Source: Fuscovulum sp.
GTDB taxonomy: Bacteria > Pseudomonadota > Alphaproteobacteria > Rhodobacterales > Rhodobacteraceae
Reading direction: 5' to 3'
DNA length: 64,000 nucleotides
Assembly: GCA_035192965.1 (NCBI GenBank)
Contig: CP136571.1
Span: 3,961,666 to 4,025,665, forward strand
Shown here: in pieces, positions 20,109-29,831 of the stretch
Layout: the number at the start of each line of letters is the position of its first letter
How positions within the stretch are numbered: the first letter of the stretch is position 1
Position numbers and translations under genes: made by a program
The notes under the pieces: model-generated
What the model saw: the letters and a program-made list of their open reading frames with translations, nothing else
Databases searched by the model: none
Told to the model about the DNA's origin: nothing

Positions 20109-20141
20109 CATTGTAAATCAGGTCTTGGACCGATACGTCAA

Positions 20142-20840
20142 TCAGTTGGCAGTGGCCGAGGCCAGATCAACCGAAACGCCCGGGCCCATCGTCGAAGAAA
20201 GCGACACCTTCTTCAGGTAGGCACCCTTCGCACCGGCGGGCTTCGCACGGCTCACCGCGTCAACGAAGGCGCGCACATTCTGCGCCAGCTTTTCGGCGTC
20301 GAACGACACCTTGCCAACGCCTGCATGCACCACACCGGCCTTTTCGACCTTGAACTGCACTTCGCCGCCCTTCGCCGCTTCGACAGCCGTTTTCACGTCC
20401 ATCGTCACAGTGCCGACCTTCGGGTTCGGCATCAGGTTGCGCGGGCCCAGGATCTTGCCCAGACGGCCCACCAGCGGCATCAGGTCCGGCGTCGCGATGC
20501 AACGGTCGAACTCGATCTTGCCGCCCATGATGGTTTCCATCAGGTCTTCCGCGCCCACGATATCCGCACCGGCGGCCTTGGCCTCATCGGCCTTGGCACC
20601 ACGGGCGAACACCGCCACGCGCACGGTCTTGCCCGTGCCGTTCGGCAGTTGCACCACGCCGCGCACCATCTGGTCCGCATGGCGGGGGTCAACCCCCAGG
20701 TTCATCGCGATTTCAACCGTCTCGTCGAACTTGGCCGAAGCCGCCTTCTTGATCAGGGCGACAGCATCCTCGACCGAAACATTGGTCGCGGTGCCGAAAA
20801 CTTCTTGTGCTGCGCGAACGCGCTTACCGAGTTTTGCCAT
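20142..20840 (-). CDS. rplA: 50S ribosomal protein L1
   Basis: 232 aa, [32 protein letters not shown]. Confidence 0.95.
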   Translation of the reverse strand: MAKLGKRVRAAQEVFGTATNVSVEDAVALIKKAASAKFDETVEIAMNLGVDPRHADQMVRGVVQLPNGTGKTVRVAVFARGAKADEAKAAGADIVGAEDLMETIMGGKIEFDRCIATPDLMPLVGRLGKILGPRNLMPNPKVGTVTMDVKTAVEAAKGGEVQFKVEKAGVVHAGVGKVSFDAEKLAQNVRAFVDAVSRAKPAGAKGAYLKKVSLSSTMGPGVSVDLASATAN

Positions 20841-20844
20841 GATC

Positions 20845-21297
20845 TCAGCCCTTCACTTCGATGCCGCAGGACTTCGCCGAGCCGAGGATGATCTGCATCG
20901 CAGCTTCCACGGAATTGGCGTTCAGGTCCTTCATCTTCGTTTCGGCAATCTGGCGCACCTGCGCCACGGTCACCGTACCAGCCACTTCACGGCCCGGCTT
21001 CGCCGAACCCTTCGCGCGGTTGCGCTTGCCCACCGGCGGCAGACCGGCAGCGGTCTTCAGCAGGTACGAGGCCGGCGCCGTCTTCAGCTCAAGGCTGAAC
21101 GACTTGTCCTGGTAATAGGTGATCACGACAGGCGTCGGGGTGCCCGGCGGAATTTCGGCGGTCTTCGCGTTGAATTCCTTCACGAAGGCCATGATGTTCA
21201 GCCCGCGCTGACCCAGAGCCGGGCCAACTGGCGGCGACGGGTTGGCTTGCTGAGCCTTCACTTGCAGCTTGAGGCTGCCGATTACTTTCTTGGCCAT
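20845..21297 (-). CDS. rplK: 50S ribosomal protein L11
   Basis: 150 aa, [43 protein letters not shown]. Confidence 0.95.
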   Translation of the reverse strand: MAKKVIGSLKLQVKAQQANPSPPVGPALGQRGLNIMAFVKEFNAKTAEIPPGTPTPVVITYYQDKSFSLELKTAPASYLLKTAAGLPPVGKRNRAKGSAKPGREVAGTVTVAQVRQIAETKMKDLNANSVEAAMQIILGSAKSCGIEVKG

Positions 21298-21399
21298 GGG
21301 GCCATCTCCTCTGTCACAGCGCCTCCCGGAATTGGGCGTGGCGCGGTTTAGTGGTTCGGTCCGTCACCCCAAGGGGCGCTCGCCTCCCACGCGATACAC

Positions 21400-21933
21400 T
21401 CAGGCCCCTTTGGTGACCTGCGTGAATTCCAGTTCGACCGGGGTTGCCCGGCCAAAGATCGACACCGAAACCTTCAGGCGGCTGTGGTCCTCGTCGACCT
21501 CTTCCACCATCCCGTCAAAGCCCTCGAACGGGCCATCGGTGACCTTCACCTTCTCGCCGATCTCGAAGCGGATCAGGTTGCGCGGTGCAGCCTCGCCCTC
21601 TTCGACCCGGTTCAGGATCGCATTCACTTCCGCATCCCGCATCGGCATCGGCTTGCCCTGCGGGCCAAGGAACCCAGTGACCCGGTTGATCGACGAAATC
21701 AGGTGATAGCCCTTGTTCGACATCTCCATCCGCACCAGCACATAGCCGGGCATGAAGCGCCGCTCGCTCGTCACCTTCTTGCCGCGCCGAACCTCCAGAA
21801 CTTCTTCCGTCGGAACCAGCACTTCGTCGATTTCTTCCTGCAACCCGGCTTCGATCACGGCCGTCCGGATCTGCTCGGCAACCTTCTTCTCGAAATTCGA
21901 GAGAACGCTCACCGAATACCAGCGCTTCGCCAT
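21400..21933 (-). CDS. nusG: Transcription termination/antitermination factor NusG
   Basis: 177 aa, MAKRWYSVSVLSNFEKKVAEQIR, with a KOW-like C-terminus. Confidence 0.95.
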   Translation of the reverse strand: MAKRWYSVSVLSNFEKKVAEQIRTAVIEAGLQEEIDEVLVPTEEVLEVRRGKKVTSERRFMPGYVLVRMEMSNKGYHLISSINRVTGFLGPQGKPMPMRDAEVNAILNRVEEGEAAPRNLIRFEIGEKVKVTDGPFEGFDGMVEEVDEDHSRLKVSVSIFGRATPVELEFTQVTKGA

Positions 21934-22048
21934 GCCTCATCCACCTTACGTCAGCGGGGGCGAACCCCCTGAAATTTCTATGCTTTCAGGAACACAACAA
22001 AGCGCGCAACTCGAATCGCTGCGCGCCCGTGCTCCTTGTTCAGGGGCG

Positions 22049-22077
22049 CAGATACAAGCGCGGCCCAATGAATTCAA
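22049..22077 (-). promoter_or_regulatory. Candidate promoter upstream of nusG
   Basis: Minus strand has TTGAAT, a 17-nt spacer, then TATCTG, inside the unusually long (169 nt) secE-nusG spacer. Confidence 0.3.
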
Positions 22078-22102
22078 GGCAAATCCGGGCAATCGCCCGC
22101 GT

Positions 22103-22291
22103 TCACCCAAGGATCGCGCGCAGCCCCGTGCGGATGCCCAAATCGACAAGGCTGAAGAATGTCGCCGTCAGAGCCGCCATGATGAACACCATGATCGTGG
22201 TCAGAACCACCTCGCGCCGGGTCGGCCAGACGACCTTGCCGACTTCGGTTCGCACCTGCTGAAGAAAGGTGATGGGGTTCGTCTTGGCCAT
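22103..22291 (-). CDS. secE: Preprotein translocase subunit SecE
   Basis: 62 aa from ATG 22291: MAKTNPITFLQQVRTEVGKVVWPTRREVVLTTIMVFIMAALTATFF, with a single C-terminal TM helix. The 140-aa track ORF is an upstream over-extension. Confidence 0.88.
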   Translation of the reverse strand: MAKTNPITFLQQVRTEVGKVVWPTRREVVLTTIMVFIMAALTATFFSLVDLGIRTGLRAILG

Positions 22292-22322
22292 GGTCTCAGA
22301 TCCACGCATTAGGGTTGGTGGG

Positions 22323-22351
22323 CAGATACGCCGGATGGGCCGGGATTTCAA
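22323..22351 (-). promoter_or_regulatory. Candidate promoter upstream of secE
   Basis: Minus strand has TTGAAA, a 17-nt spacer, then TATCTG, about 30 nt upstream of the secE ATG. Confidence 0.35.
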
Positions 22352-22377
22352 GGGAAAGCCAAACCCACCCCGCGCCG

Positions 22378-24027
22378 CTATTGCAGCCGGTCGGATATCC
22401 GCGCCCACGGATCGCCCCGCGTCGCTGTCGCGCGCTGTCGCGACCGGCGCGCGACGGCCAACCCGATGGCGGCAAAGACCGAACCCAGCGCCAGCAGAAC
22501 CGCAATCCCGGCGGGCCCCTTCCACAAGCCGCCCCCCATGACCGCTGCAGAGACTTCCGCTGGATCCATCCCGCCCCAGCCCTGCGGAACAAGGTCGCGC
22601 AATTGCTCCACCAGACCGGCTTGCGCCGCAGGCTGGTCCTCGCCTGTGCTCAGGAAAACCGGCCCTGATGGCCCCGTCGCATCCGGAAACTCCGCCGCAA
22701 TCGCTCTGCGCACCGCCTCCGCAGGCGTCATGCCCGCCGCAATATCCTCACTCACCTGATTCTTCGGCGATGGCGGCGTGTCATCCACCTGCGGCAAGGT
22801 CCGCTGCGCCCCACCATTGCCCTGCGGCAAGGTCGCCGCGCCCTCTTCGCCCTCGGCCTCAGCCGGGGCAAACCCGAACAACCCCTCCATCACCTTCGCC
22901 ACCATACCGCCCTCCGGTACGGAGTTCATGGTGGTGGGCGGCGTCAAATGCCCAAAGGCAAGATAGACGGCGAAGTAAAATACCAGCGCGCCCACGACCT
23001 TGGTCGGCGCCCGAAACATGCGCCGCAACCCTGCCCCGGCCCCATCGCGCCTGGGCAGGGATTGATCCGCGCCCACCCCTGATGGCGCACCCGCGGCCAG
23101 CCCTGACGAAAACCCATAGCCGCCACTGCGCGTCGCCCCCACCGTCGCTGCCTGCTTCGCCATCACCGCCTCAAGCGGTGACCACGCCGCAGGCGGGGGC
23201 GTCGGCACGGTCGCATAGCGCTGCCCGCTCGCGACAACCGGCGCAGCGTTCGTCGGCTCAGAGTGCGTCGGCGATGGGGCCACCACCGGGCGCGTCGCAG
23301 TCGCCATCATGACAGCCCGTTCCAGTTCCGCATTCGCCCGATCTTCCCGGCGCGTCTTCCGCCCGCGGCCCGTCAGCAACTTCCCCAGCGCCAGCAACGC
23401 CGCCAGCGCGCCCAGCCCGCCAAACACCGTGGCCACCCGCATCGGTGCGTCCGGGTCCGGGGCCAGCGCCGCTTCGCGGCCCTCCAGAAACGGCTCGATC
23501 ACGACAAAATCCTCGGCTTTTGTCAGGCCCTGCTCTGCAAAAGCATCCGCGACCATGTCCGAAAGCTCGGGGCTCGTATCCACAGTCCCATTCAGATGAA
23601 ACGGCATCCGCGCATCCAGCGGATCATACATCCGGCTCAACAAATGCCCGATAAAGCCATCCACCTGACCGGGCGACAACAGCACGATCCCGCGCGCCAC
23701 CTTGCTCGTCTCTGCGTCTCCGGGGCCAAACAGGACGTACATGCGCCGCACCGTATCGGTGCCCTTCCGCTGCTTGGTCAATTCGTAATTGTAATCCGTG
23801 CCAAGCCAGGCCGCGACATGCACCTCATCCGCTGCATGGATATCCGCTTCGGTGAACGCGTCGAACGCAACCGGTTCCGGCGCGCCCGCCTGCAAGGCCT
23901 GCGCCTTCTCGGCCTCGAAGGCAGTCACCCTTTGATGCGAATCCTGCGCCAGCCAGAACAGGCCCGCCGATATCAGGGCCATCACCGGCCAAGGCAAAGC
24001 CAGCAGCATCGCGAACAGTCGGAACAT
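22378..24027 (-). CDS. Hypothetical membrane protein (about 4 TM segments, Ala/Pro/Gly-rich linkers)
   Basis: The ORF shows GC-rich third codon positions. From ATG 24027 it begins MFRLFAMLLALPWPVMALISAGLFWL, with GGAG 8 nt upstream. The track start is 24075. Other TM segments are VATVFGGLGALAALLALGKLL, VVGALVFYFAVYLAFGHL and GIAVLLALGSVFAAIGLAV. I recognise no family. Confidence 0.6.
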   Translation of the reverse strand: MFRLFAMLLALPWPVMALISAGLFWLAQDSHQRVTAFEAEKAQALQAGAPEPVAFDAFTEADIHAADEVHVAAWLGTDYNYELTKQRKGTDTVRRMYVLFGPGDAETSKVARGIVLLSPGQVDGFIGHLLSRMYDPLDARMPFHLNGTVDTSPELSDMVADAFAEQGLTKAEDFVVIEPFLEGREAALAPDPDAPMRVATVFGGLGALAALLALGKLLTGRGRKTRREDRANAELERAVMMATATRPVVAPSPTHSEPTNAAPVVASGQRYATVPTPPPAAWSPLEAVMAKQAATVGATRSGGYGFSSGLAAGAPSGVGADQSLPRRDGAGAGLRRMFRAPTKVVGALVFYFAVYLAFGHLTPPTTMNSVPEGGMVAKVMEGLFGFAPAEAEGEEGAATLPQGNGGAQRTLPQVDDTPPSPKNQVSEDIAAGMTPAEAVRRAIAAEFPDATGPSGPVFLSTGEDQPAAQAGLVEQLRDLVPQGWGGMDPAEVSAAVMGGGLWKGPAGIAVLLALGSVFAAIGLAVARRSRQRATATRGDPWARISDRLQ

Positions 24028-24163
24028 AGGCCCACTCCACAGGACAACCTGCGCGTGATCCTTGTCCCGCACCATGCCCGCGCCGGGGCCATGTCACGTC
24101 GGGTTCAGGGAAAAATCGGGGCTTTTCTGGGGCCGTTCGCCCGCGGAACGCATCCAGCAGGCT

Positions 24164-24239
24164 TGGCAGGAGTTGGGGGACTCGAACCCACGACCCTCGG
24201 TTTTGGAGACCGATGCTCTACCAACTGAGCTAAACTCCT
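24164..24239 (-). tRNA. trnW: tRNA-Trp (anticodon CCA), 3' CCA encoded
   Basis: AGGAGTTTAGCTCAGTTGGTAGAGCATCGGTCTCCAAAACCGAGGGTCGTGGGTTCGAGTCCCCCAACTCCTGCCA folds as a cloverleaf. It has a 7-bp acceptor stem, GCTC/GAGC D stem, TCGGT/ACCGA anticodon stem and TTCGAGT T loop. There is one T-C mismatch in the T stem. Confidence 0.9.
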
Positions 24240-24335
24240 AGGCCTGCGAAGGGGGTTACGGCATGGGCCGGGGGAAATCAAGGGGGCGTCAGCCCCGAAA
24301 AACCACCCCGACGGATTTTCCCGCCATGCCACCCT

Positions 24336-24986
24336 CTACCCCCGCTCCAGCGCCGCCACATCCGCCGCCAGCAGCGCCGGCAGCGCCGCCCGGATACGCT
24401 CCAGCGGCCAATCCCACCAGCCGATGGCCAGCAGCCGCGTCACCTCTAGCCCGGAAAACCGCATCCGCACCACCCGCGCCGGATTGCCCGCCACCACCGA
24501 AAAAGGCGGCACCTGACCCGCCATCACGGCCCCCGCCCCGATGATCGCCCCGCTGCCGATCCGCGCCCCCGGCAGGATCAGCGCGCCATGCCCGATCCAC
24601 ACGTCATGGCCCACCTCCGTATCCGGCAGCTGGGCGAATCCATCGCGATATCCCTCCAGCGTCACTGGGTCGAACACCCCGAACGGATAGGTCGTGATCC
24701 CGTCCATCGCGTGATTGGCCGATGCCGTGATGAACCGCACGCCATGCGCGATCTGGCAGAATCGCCCGATCACCAACCGCTCCGGCGCACCGGGATAAAG
24801 ATACGGCGCCAGCCGCGCCGCCCAGCCCCCCGCCTCACGCGGCGGATCAAAATCATTGGCATAGCTGTAATCGCCCACCGTGATGTTCGGATGGTCGATG
24901 ACCCGGTTCAGATGCACCATATCGGGGTGCACGGTTCCATCGGGAAAGGTCAGGGGATGCACCGCATCCGCGTTCAGAAATGGCAT
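24336..24986 (-). CDS. Vat-family xenobiotic (streptogramin A-type) O-acetyltransferase-like, hexapeptide-repeat protein
   Basis: 216 aa. HPNITVGDYSY, GRFCQIAHGVRFI, ANHAMDGITTYPF, GHDVWIGHGALILPGARIGSGAIIGAGAVM, VAGNPARVVRMRF and WWDWP match the Vat(D)/XAT pattern as I recall it. Confidence 0.8.
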   Translation of the reverse strand: MPFLNADAVHPLTFPDGTVHPDMVHLNRVIDHPNITVGDYSYANDFDPPREAGGWAARLAPYLYPGAPERLVIGRFCQIAHGVRFITASANHAMDGITTYPFGVFDPVTLEGYRDGFAQLPDTEVGHDVWIGHGALILPGARIGSGAIIGAGAVMAGQVPPFSVVAGNPARVVRMRFSGLEVTRLLAIGWWDWPLERIRAALPALLAADVAALERG

Positions 24987-25080
24987 GGAATGAACCTCGC
25001 TGATCGTCGTTTCAGGAAAACGCAGGTCAGATCGTCAGGTCCATCGGTGCCTCCCATGATTGCAACGCAACCATATAACG

Positions 25081-25108
25081 AAAAACGCGCGGGGTCACCC
25101 CCGCGCGC
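25081..25108 (-). terminator. Intrinsic terminator after tuf copy 2
   Basis: Minus-strand RNA forms CGCGCGGGG-GUGA-CCCCGCGCG followed by UUUUU. Confidence 0.8.
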
Positions 25109-25131
25109 CTTTCAACCCGATACAGGATCGG

Positions 25132-26308
<1,177 letters not shown>

Positions 26309-26362
26309 GTCTTCGGGCCTTCGGATTGGGGGGCCGAACCCGGCCCGTGCTACTCGCGCGGC

Positions 26363-26391
26363 GAATTAAGCCGCCGCTGGGGGAAAATCAA
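26363..26391 (-). promoter_or_regulatory. Candidate promoter of tuf copy 2
   Basis: Minus strand has TTGATT, a 17-nt spacer, then TAATTC, about 55 nt upstream of the ATG. Confidence 0.3.
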
Positions 26392-26422
26392 GCGGGAATG
26401 GCAGCCTTTGCTGGCCGATGCG

Positions 26423-27001
26423 TCACCGATTGCTGGAAGGGGCTGCCTCGGGTGCGGGCGGCTTCGGCGGCAGGCCGAACCATTCCGGGTTTTCCAGGAA
26501 CCACTCCTCCACCCGCTTCACCGCGTTATAGGACAGCGCTTCCATCTGTTCCGTCTTGTTGCGCGTCAAACCGGTGCCGATCACCGTCTCGCCCGACAGG
26601 CTTTCGAATACGGTGATCCGGTGCCCTTCGGCATTCAGCTTCTGCTCGGCCGCGTCGTCCCAGACATTGGCCGTGATCACCAGCACCGATTTCGGGGCCG
26701 CCACCACCGGAATACCGGGCGGCGCCAGCGCATAGCCATCAATGGAAATCCCGATGTTATAAAGTTTTGGCCCCTGATAGCGGCCAAAGCGGTTGGCGAC
26801 GGCATCCTTCATCACCGCCTCCCACTCCTCGACCGAGGCATCGCGCGAAATCGGCACCTTCTGCACATTGTCGGCCACAACGATATTCAGCCCCAGCGCA
26901 AAATCCCCCAGCGGAACCGGCGGCTCCTCCAGATCGCTTTTGCCACAGCCTGCCAGAACGGCAAACCCGATGAAAAAGGCCACTTGGCGAAGGGTCAGCA
27001 T
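26423..27001 (-). CDS. Putative lipoprotein, unknown function
   Basis: From ATG 27001 the protein begins MLTLRQVAFFIGFAVLAGCGKSD, with an LAGC lipobox, behind a GGGAGA Shine-Dalgarno. The 306-aa track ORF is an over-extension. Confidence 0.65.
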   Translation of the reverse strand: MLTLRQVAFFIGFAVLAGCGKSDLEEPPVPLGDFALGLNIVVADNVQKVPISRDASVEEWEAVMKDAVANRFGRYQGPKLYNIGISIDGYALAPPGIPVVAAPKSVLVITANVWDDAAEQKLNAEGHRITVFESLSGETVIGTGLTRNKTEQMEALSYNAVKRVEEWFLENPEWFGLPPKPPAPEAAPSSNR

Positions 27002-27133
27002 GGGGTCTCCCGTCCGTCTCGGCCCACAGGCCATTGCCATCCCGATAACCGTTGCAAAGCCGCTGCGCAACGGTCGCCCGTTGCCCGATGCGTCCCGTCG
27101 CCTATCTGTGATGGGTCCAGCAAGGGAAAACCC

Positions 27134-28537
27134 ATGTCCCCCCGCGTCCAGATCGCCGATCCCGAAGCTGGCCCCCCGCCCGCCCCGCTGCCCGCACCGC
27201 TGCCTGTGCGCGTGCCCCTCGCCCCAGAACCGCTCGGCATCCTCGGCAGCCTGCGCGCCGGACGGCGCAACCTTCTGGAACTGATCCCCGAACAGGCCAC
27301 CCGCGCGCCGATCGTGTCGAACACCCGCGGCAAGCGGTGGCACATGATCATGGATCCCGAAGCCCTGCGCCGCGTGTTACGCGACCGGGTCGAGGATTAC
27401 CCCAAATCCGATGTCACAAAGCTCATCCTCGGTCCCGGCATCGGCAAATCCCTGTTCATCGCCGAAGGGCAGGATTGGCTCTGGCAACGCCGCACCGCCG
27501 CGCCGGTCTTTTCCCATCGCAACGTCGCCGCCCTCGCCCCGGTGATGACCGCCGCCGCCGAACGCGCCTGCGACCGTTTCGCCACAGCCACGGGCCGCGC
27601 CGCGGATGCCTTTGATGAAATGGTCACCGCCACCTTCGAGGTGATCTCCGACGTCACCTTCTCGGGCGGCGACGGGTTTGACCGCGACGCCGTTCACCGC
27701 GCCATCGACGCCTATATCTCGCAAACTGCCAAAGTCTCGCTGCTCGATATCCTCGGCGCCCCGCCCTGGGTGCCGCGCCCGTCGCGCATGATCGCGGGTT
27801 CCGGCCTGCGCGACATGAAAGCCGTGGCCGATGCCGCCATCACCCGCCGCCGCGCCAGCGGCAGCCCCGGTATCCCGGATCTGCTTGATCTGCTGATGGC
27901 GGGCGAAGACCCGAAATCCGGCCGCAAAATGATGACCGCGGAATTGCGCGACAACCTCCTCACCTTCATCGTCGCGGGCCATGAAACCACCGCCCTCACC
28001 CTGTCATGGGCGCTCTATCTTTGTGCCTTCGATCCGGCCGTTCAGACCCGTGCCCGCACCGAGGCGCAGGCCCTGCTCGGCCCCCGCGCGGCCACGGCAG
28101 CGGATGTGCCGAACCTGCCCTATATCCGGCAGGTGATCGACGAAACCCTGCGCCTCTATCCGCCTGCCGCCTTTCTGTCGCGCACCGCCCAGAAACCCGA
28201 CACGCTCTGCGGGCGCGCGGTCAAACGCGGCGATACGGTCATCCTGCCGATCTACGCCTTGCACCGCCATCACGCCCATTGGACCGACCCCGACCGTTTC
28301 GATCCCGAACGCTTCGCCCCCGGCCATCAGACCGACCGCTTCACTTTCCTGCCCTTCGGCGATGGCCCCCGCATCTGCATCGGGGCCAACTTCGCCATTC
28401 AAGAGGCGGTCATCATCCTCGCCACCCTGCTTGCCCGGTTCCGCTTCACCCCCGTCCCCGGCAAGACACCAAAACCCGTGATGATCCTTACCCTGCGTCC
28501 CGAAGGCGGCATCTGGCTGCGCATTGATCGGGCATGA
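27134..28537 (+). CDS. Cytochrome P450
   Basis: 467 aa from ATG 27134. It carries the I-helix AGHETT, ETLRLYPP (ExxR) and the heme-thiolate loop FLPFGDGPRICIGANFA. The track ORF from 25358 is an artefactual extension antisense to tuf. Confidence 0.9.
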   Translation: MSPRVQIADPEAGPPPAPLPAPLPVRVPLAPEPLGILGSLRAGRRNLLELIPEQATRAPIVSNTRGKRWHMIMDPEALRRVLRDRVEDYPKSDVTKLILGPGIGKSLFIAEGQDWLWQRRTAAPVFSHRNVAALAPVMTAAAERACDRFATATGRAADAFDEMVTATFEVISDVTFSGGDGFDRDAVHRAIDAYISQTAKVSLLDILGAPPWVPRPSRMIAGSGLRDMKAVADAAITRRRASGSPGIPDLLDLLMAGEDPKSGRKMMTAELRDNLLTFIVAGHETTALTLSWALYLCAFDPAVQTRARTEAQALLGPRAATAADVPNLPYIRQVIDETLRLYPPAAFLSRTAQKPDTLCGRAVKRGDTVILPIYALHRHHAHWTDPDRFDPERFAPGHQTDRFTFLPFGDGPRICIGANFAIQEAVIILATLLARFRFTPVPGKTPKPVMILTLRPEGGIWLRIDRA

Positions 28538-28751
28538 AGCGCCGCGCAAACAGGCACGGCTGAAACGACCCCAGATCATTTTCGCAACACTTCTACGCAT
28601 CGGTTGAAATGCTTTTTTCCCATACTAACGTATGGGTTGAACGGGGCGGCGAGGGCCTTCCTTACCTTCCGTTCGTGTGCAGTAACGAGTGTGTCCGCGA
28701 CGGGTTTCCTTGTCGCGGACAGTTCGCTCCGCAAGGCGGGTCAAGGCGCCG

Positions 28752-29831
28752 TCAGCCGCAGATGGCCTTCAACGCCTGCCATTCCGCATCGCTCAGCACT
28801 GGCTGCTCTGCCGCCCCGCCCGCGCCCCGCGCCGCCTCGGCCCGGTTGCCGCTTGCCGGATGGGTCGACAATATCTCCGGCACATCCGCGCCCATCCCCT
28901 CAATCCGTTCAAAGAACGCTGCCAACCCCTCGGTCCCGATCCCCGTCCGCTGCAACAGCGCAAAGGCAAAGGCATCCGCCGCCGCCTCGGCCTCGCGGGT
29001 GTAGGAAGCGCTCAGCATGTGATCGCCCAGCAGGCCGATCACCGTGCCCCCCGTCACATCCCCCAGCACCAGCGCCAAGATACCCGCCGATCCGGCCTGC
29101 CGGAACGCCAGCCGCGTGGGATCGCGCGCTTCCACATGGCCGATCTCATGCGCCAGCACGCCCGCCACTTCCTCGGCCGTTTCCGCCTCGTCCAGCAGCC
29201 CCCGGATGATGACAACCTGCCCCCCCGGTGCCGCAAAGGCGTTCAGCATCTCATGGTCGAACACGCGCAATTCGATGTCGTAGCGCAGCCCCTGCCCCTC
29301 GGTCAGCCGCCGCTCCATCTTCTCCAGCGCGGCCAGCCCCTCCGGCGCGGAACAGGCCAACGGCTCATCCCCGCCCAGAAACCCCTCGATCTGCCCGATC
29401 ACCGCCTGCCCAAAGGCAACCTCCTGCTCGAGCGGCAACTGATCGGCCAGCCGGTCGGATATGCGCGGCAAAAACAGGAACAGGATCGCCGCCAGCGCCA
29501 CCACCGCCAGACCGACGCGCACCGCGATCTTTATGCCCGTGCCCTGCTTCAGATCCCGCCGCGCCAGATGCGGCGCGCGCGCCCGCACCCATTCCGCCAG
29601 CGCGCCATCCGCCAACACCAGCCGCGCCGGATCATGCGGCAACTCATCGCCACCCTCCACCAGCAGCGCCAGAACCAGCCCCTCGCCCTCGATCTGCCGC
29701 AGCCTGTCCATCGGCCAGACCTGCCCGCCAAACCGCAAGGCCCGCCCGTCCGGCGCCACCTCGACCATCACCGCCTGCCGTCGCGCGCTTTGGCCGTCAA
29801 ACCAGACCGCGTTCTCCGGCCCCGGTCCCAT
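28752..29831 (-). CDS. M48-family zinc metallopeptidase with an N-terminal extension and one TM segment
   Basis: 359 aa. HEIGH zinc motif (LAHEIGHVEARD). TM segment IAVRVGLAVVALAAILFLFL. The start overlaps the stop of the upstream gene by 1 nt. Confidence 0.8.
   Translation of the reverse strand: MGPGPENAVWFDGQSARRQAVMVEVAPDGRALRFGGQVWPMDRLRQIEGEGLVLALLVEGGDELPHDPARLVLADGALAEWVRARAPHLARRDLKQGTGIKIAVRVGLAVVALAAILFLFLPRISDRLADQLPLEQEVAFGQAVIGQIEGFLGGDEPLACSAPEGLAALEKMERRLTEGQGLRYDIELRVFDHEMLNAFAAPGGQVVIIRGLLDEAETAEEVAGVLAHEIGHVEARDPTRLAFRQAGSAGILALVLGDVTGGTVIGLLGDHMLSASYTREAEAAADAFAFALLQRTGIGTEGLAAFFERIEGMGADVPEILSTHPASGNRAEAARGAGGAAEQPVLSDAEWQALKAICG

Noticed and set aside
20037-20111. ATG at 20111 as the start of the glycosyltransferase-methyltransferase ORF
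   Set aside because: Codons 1-12 would be the stem-loop and U-tract of the rplA intrinsic terminator. A GTG with a GGAGA Shine-Dalgarno at 20036, or the ATG at 20003, is more plausible.
18438-24986. Genomic island or mobile element explanation for the four insertions in the ribosomal array
   Set aside because: There is no integrase, transposase, flanking direct repeat or obvious compositional shift. The tRNA-Trp is intact with no duplicated 3' fragment nearby. The insertions look ancient or native rather than recently mobile.
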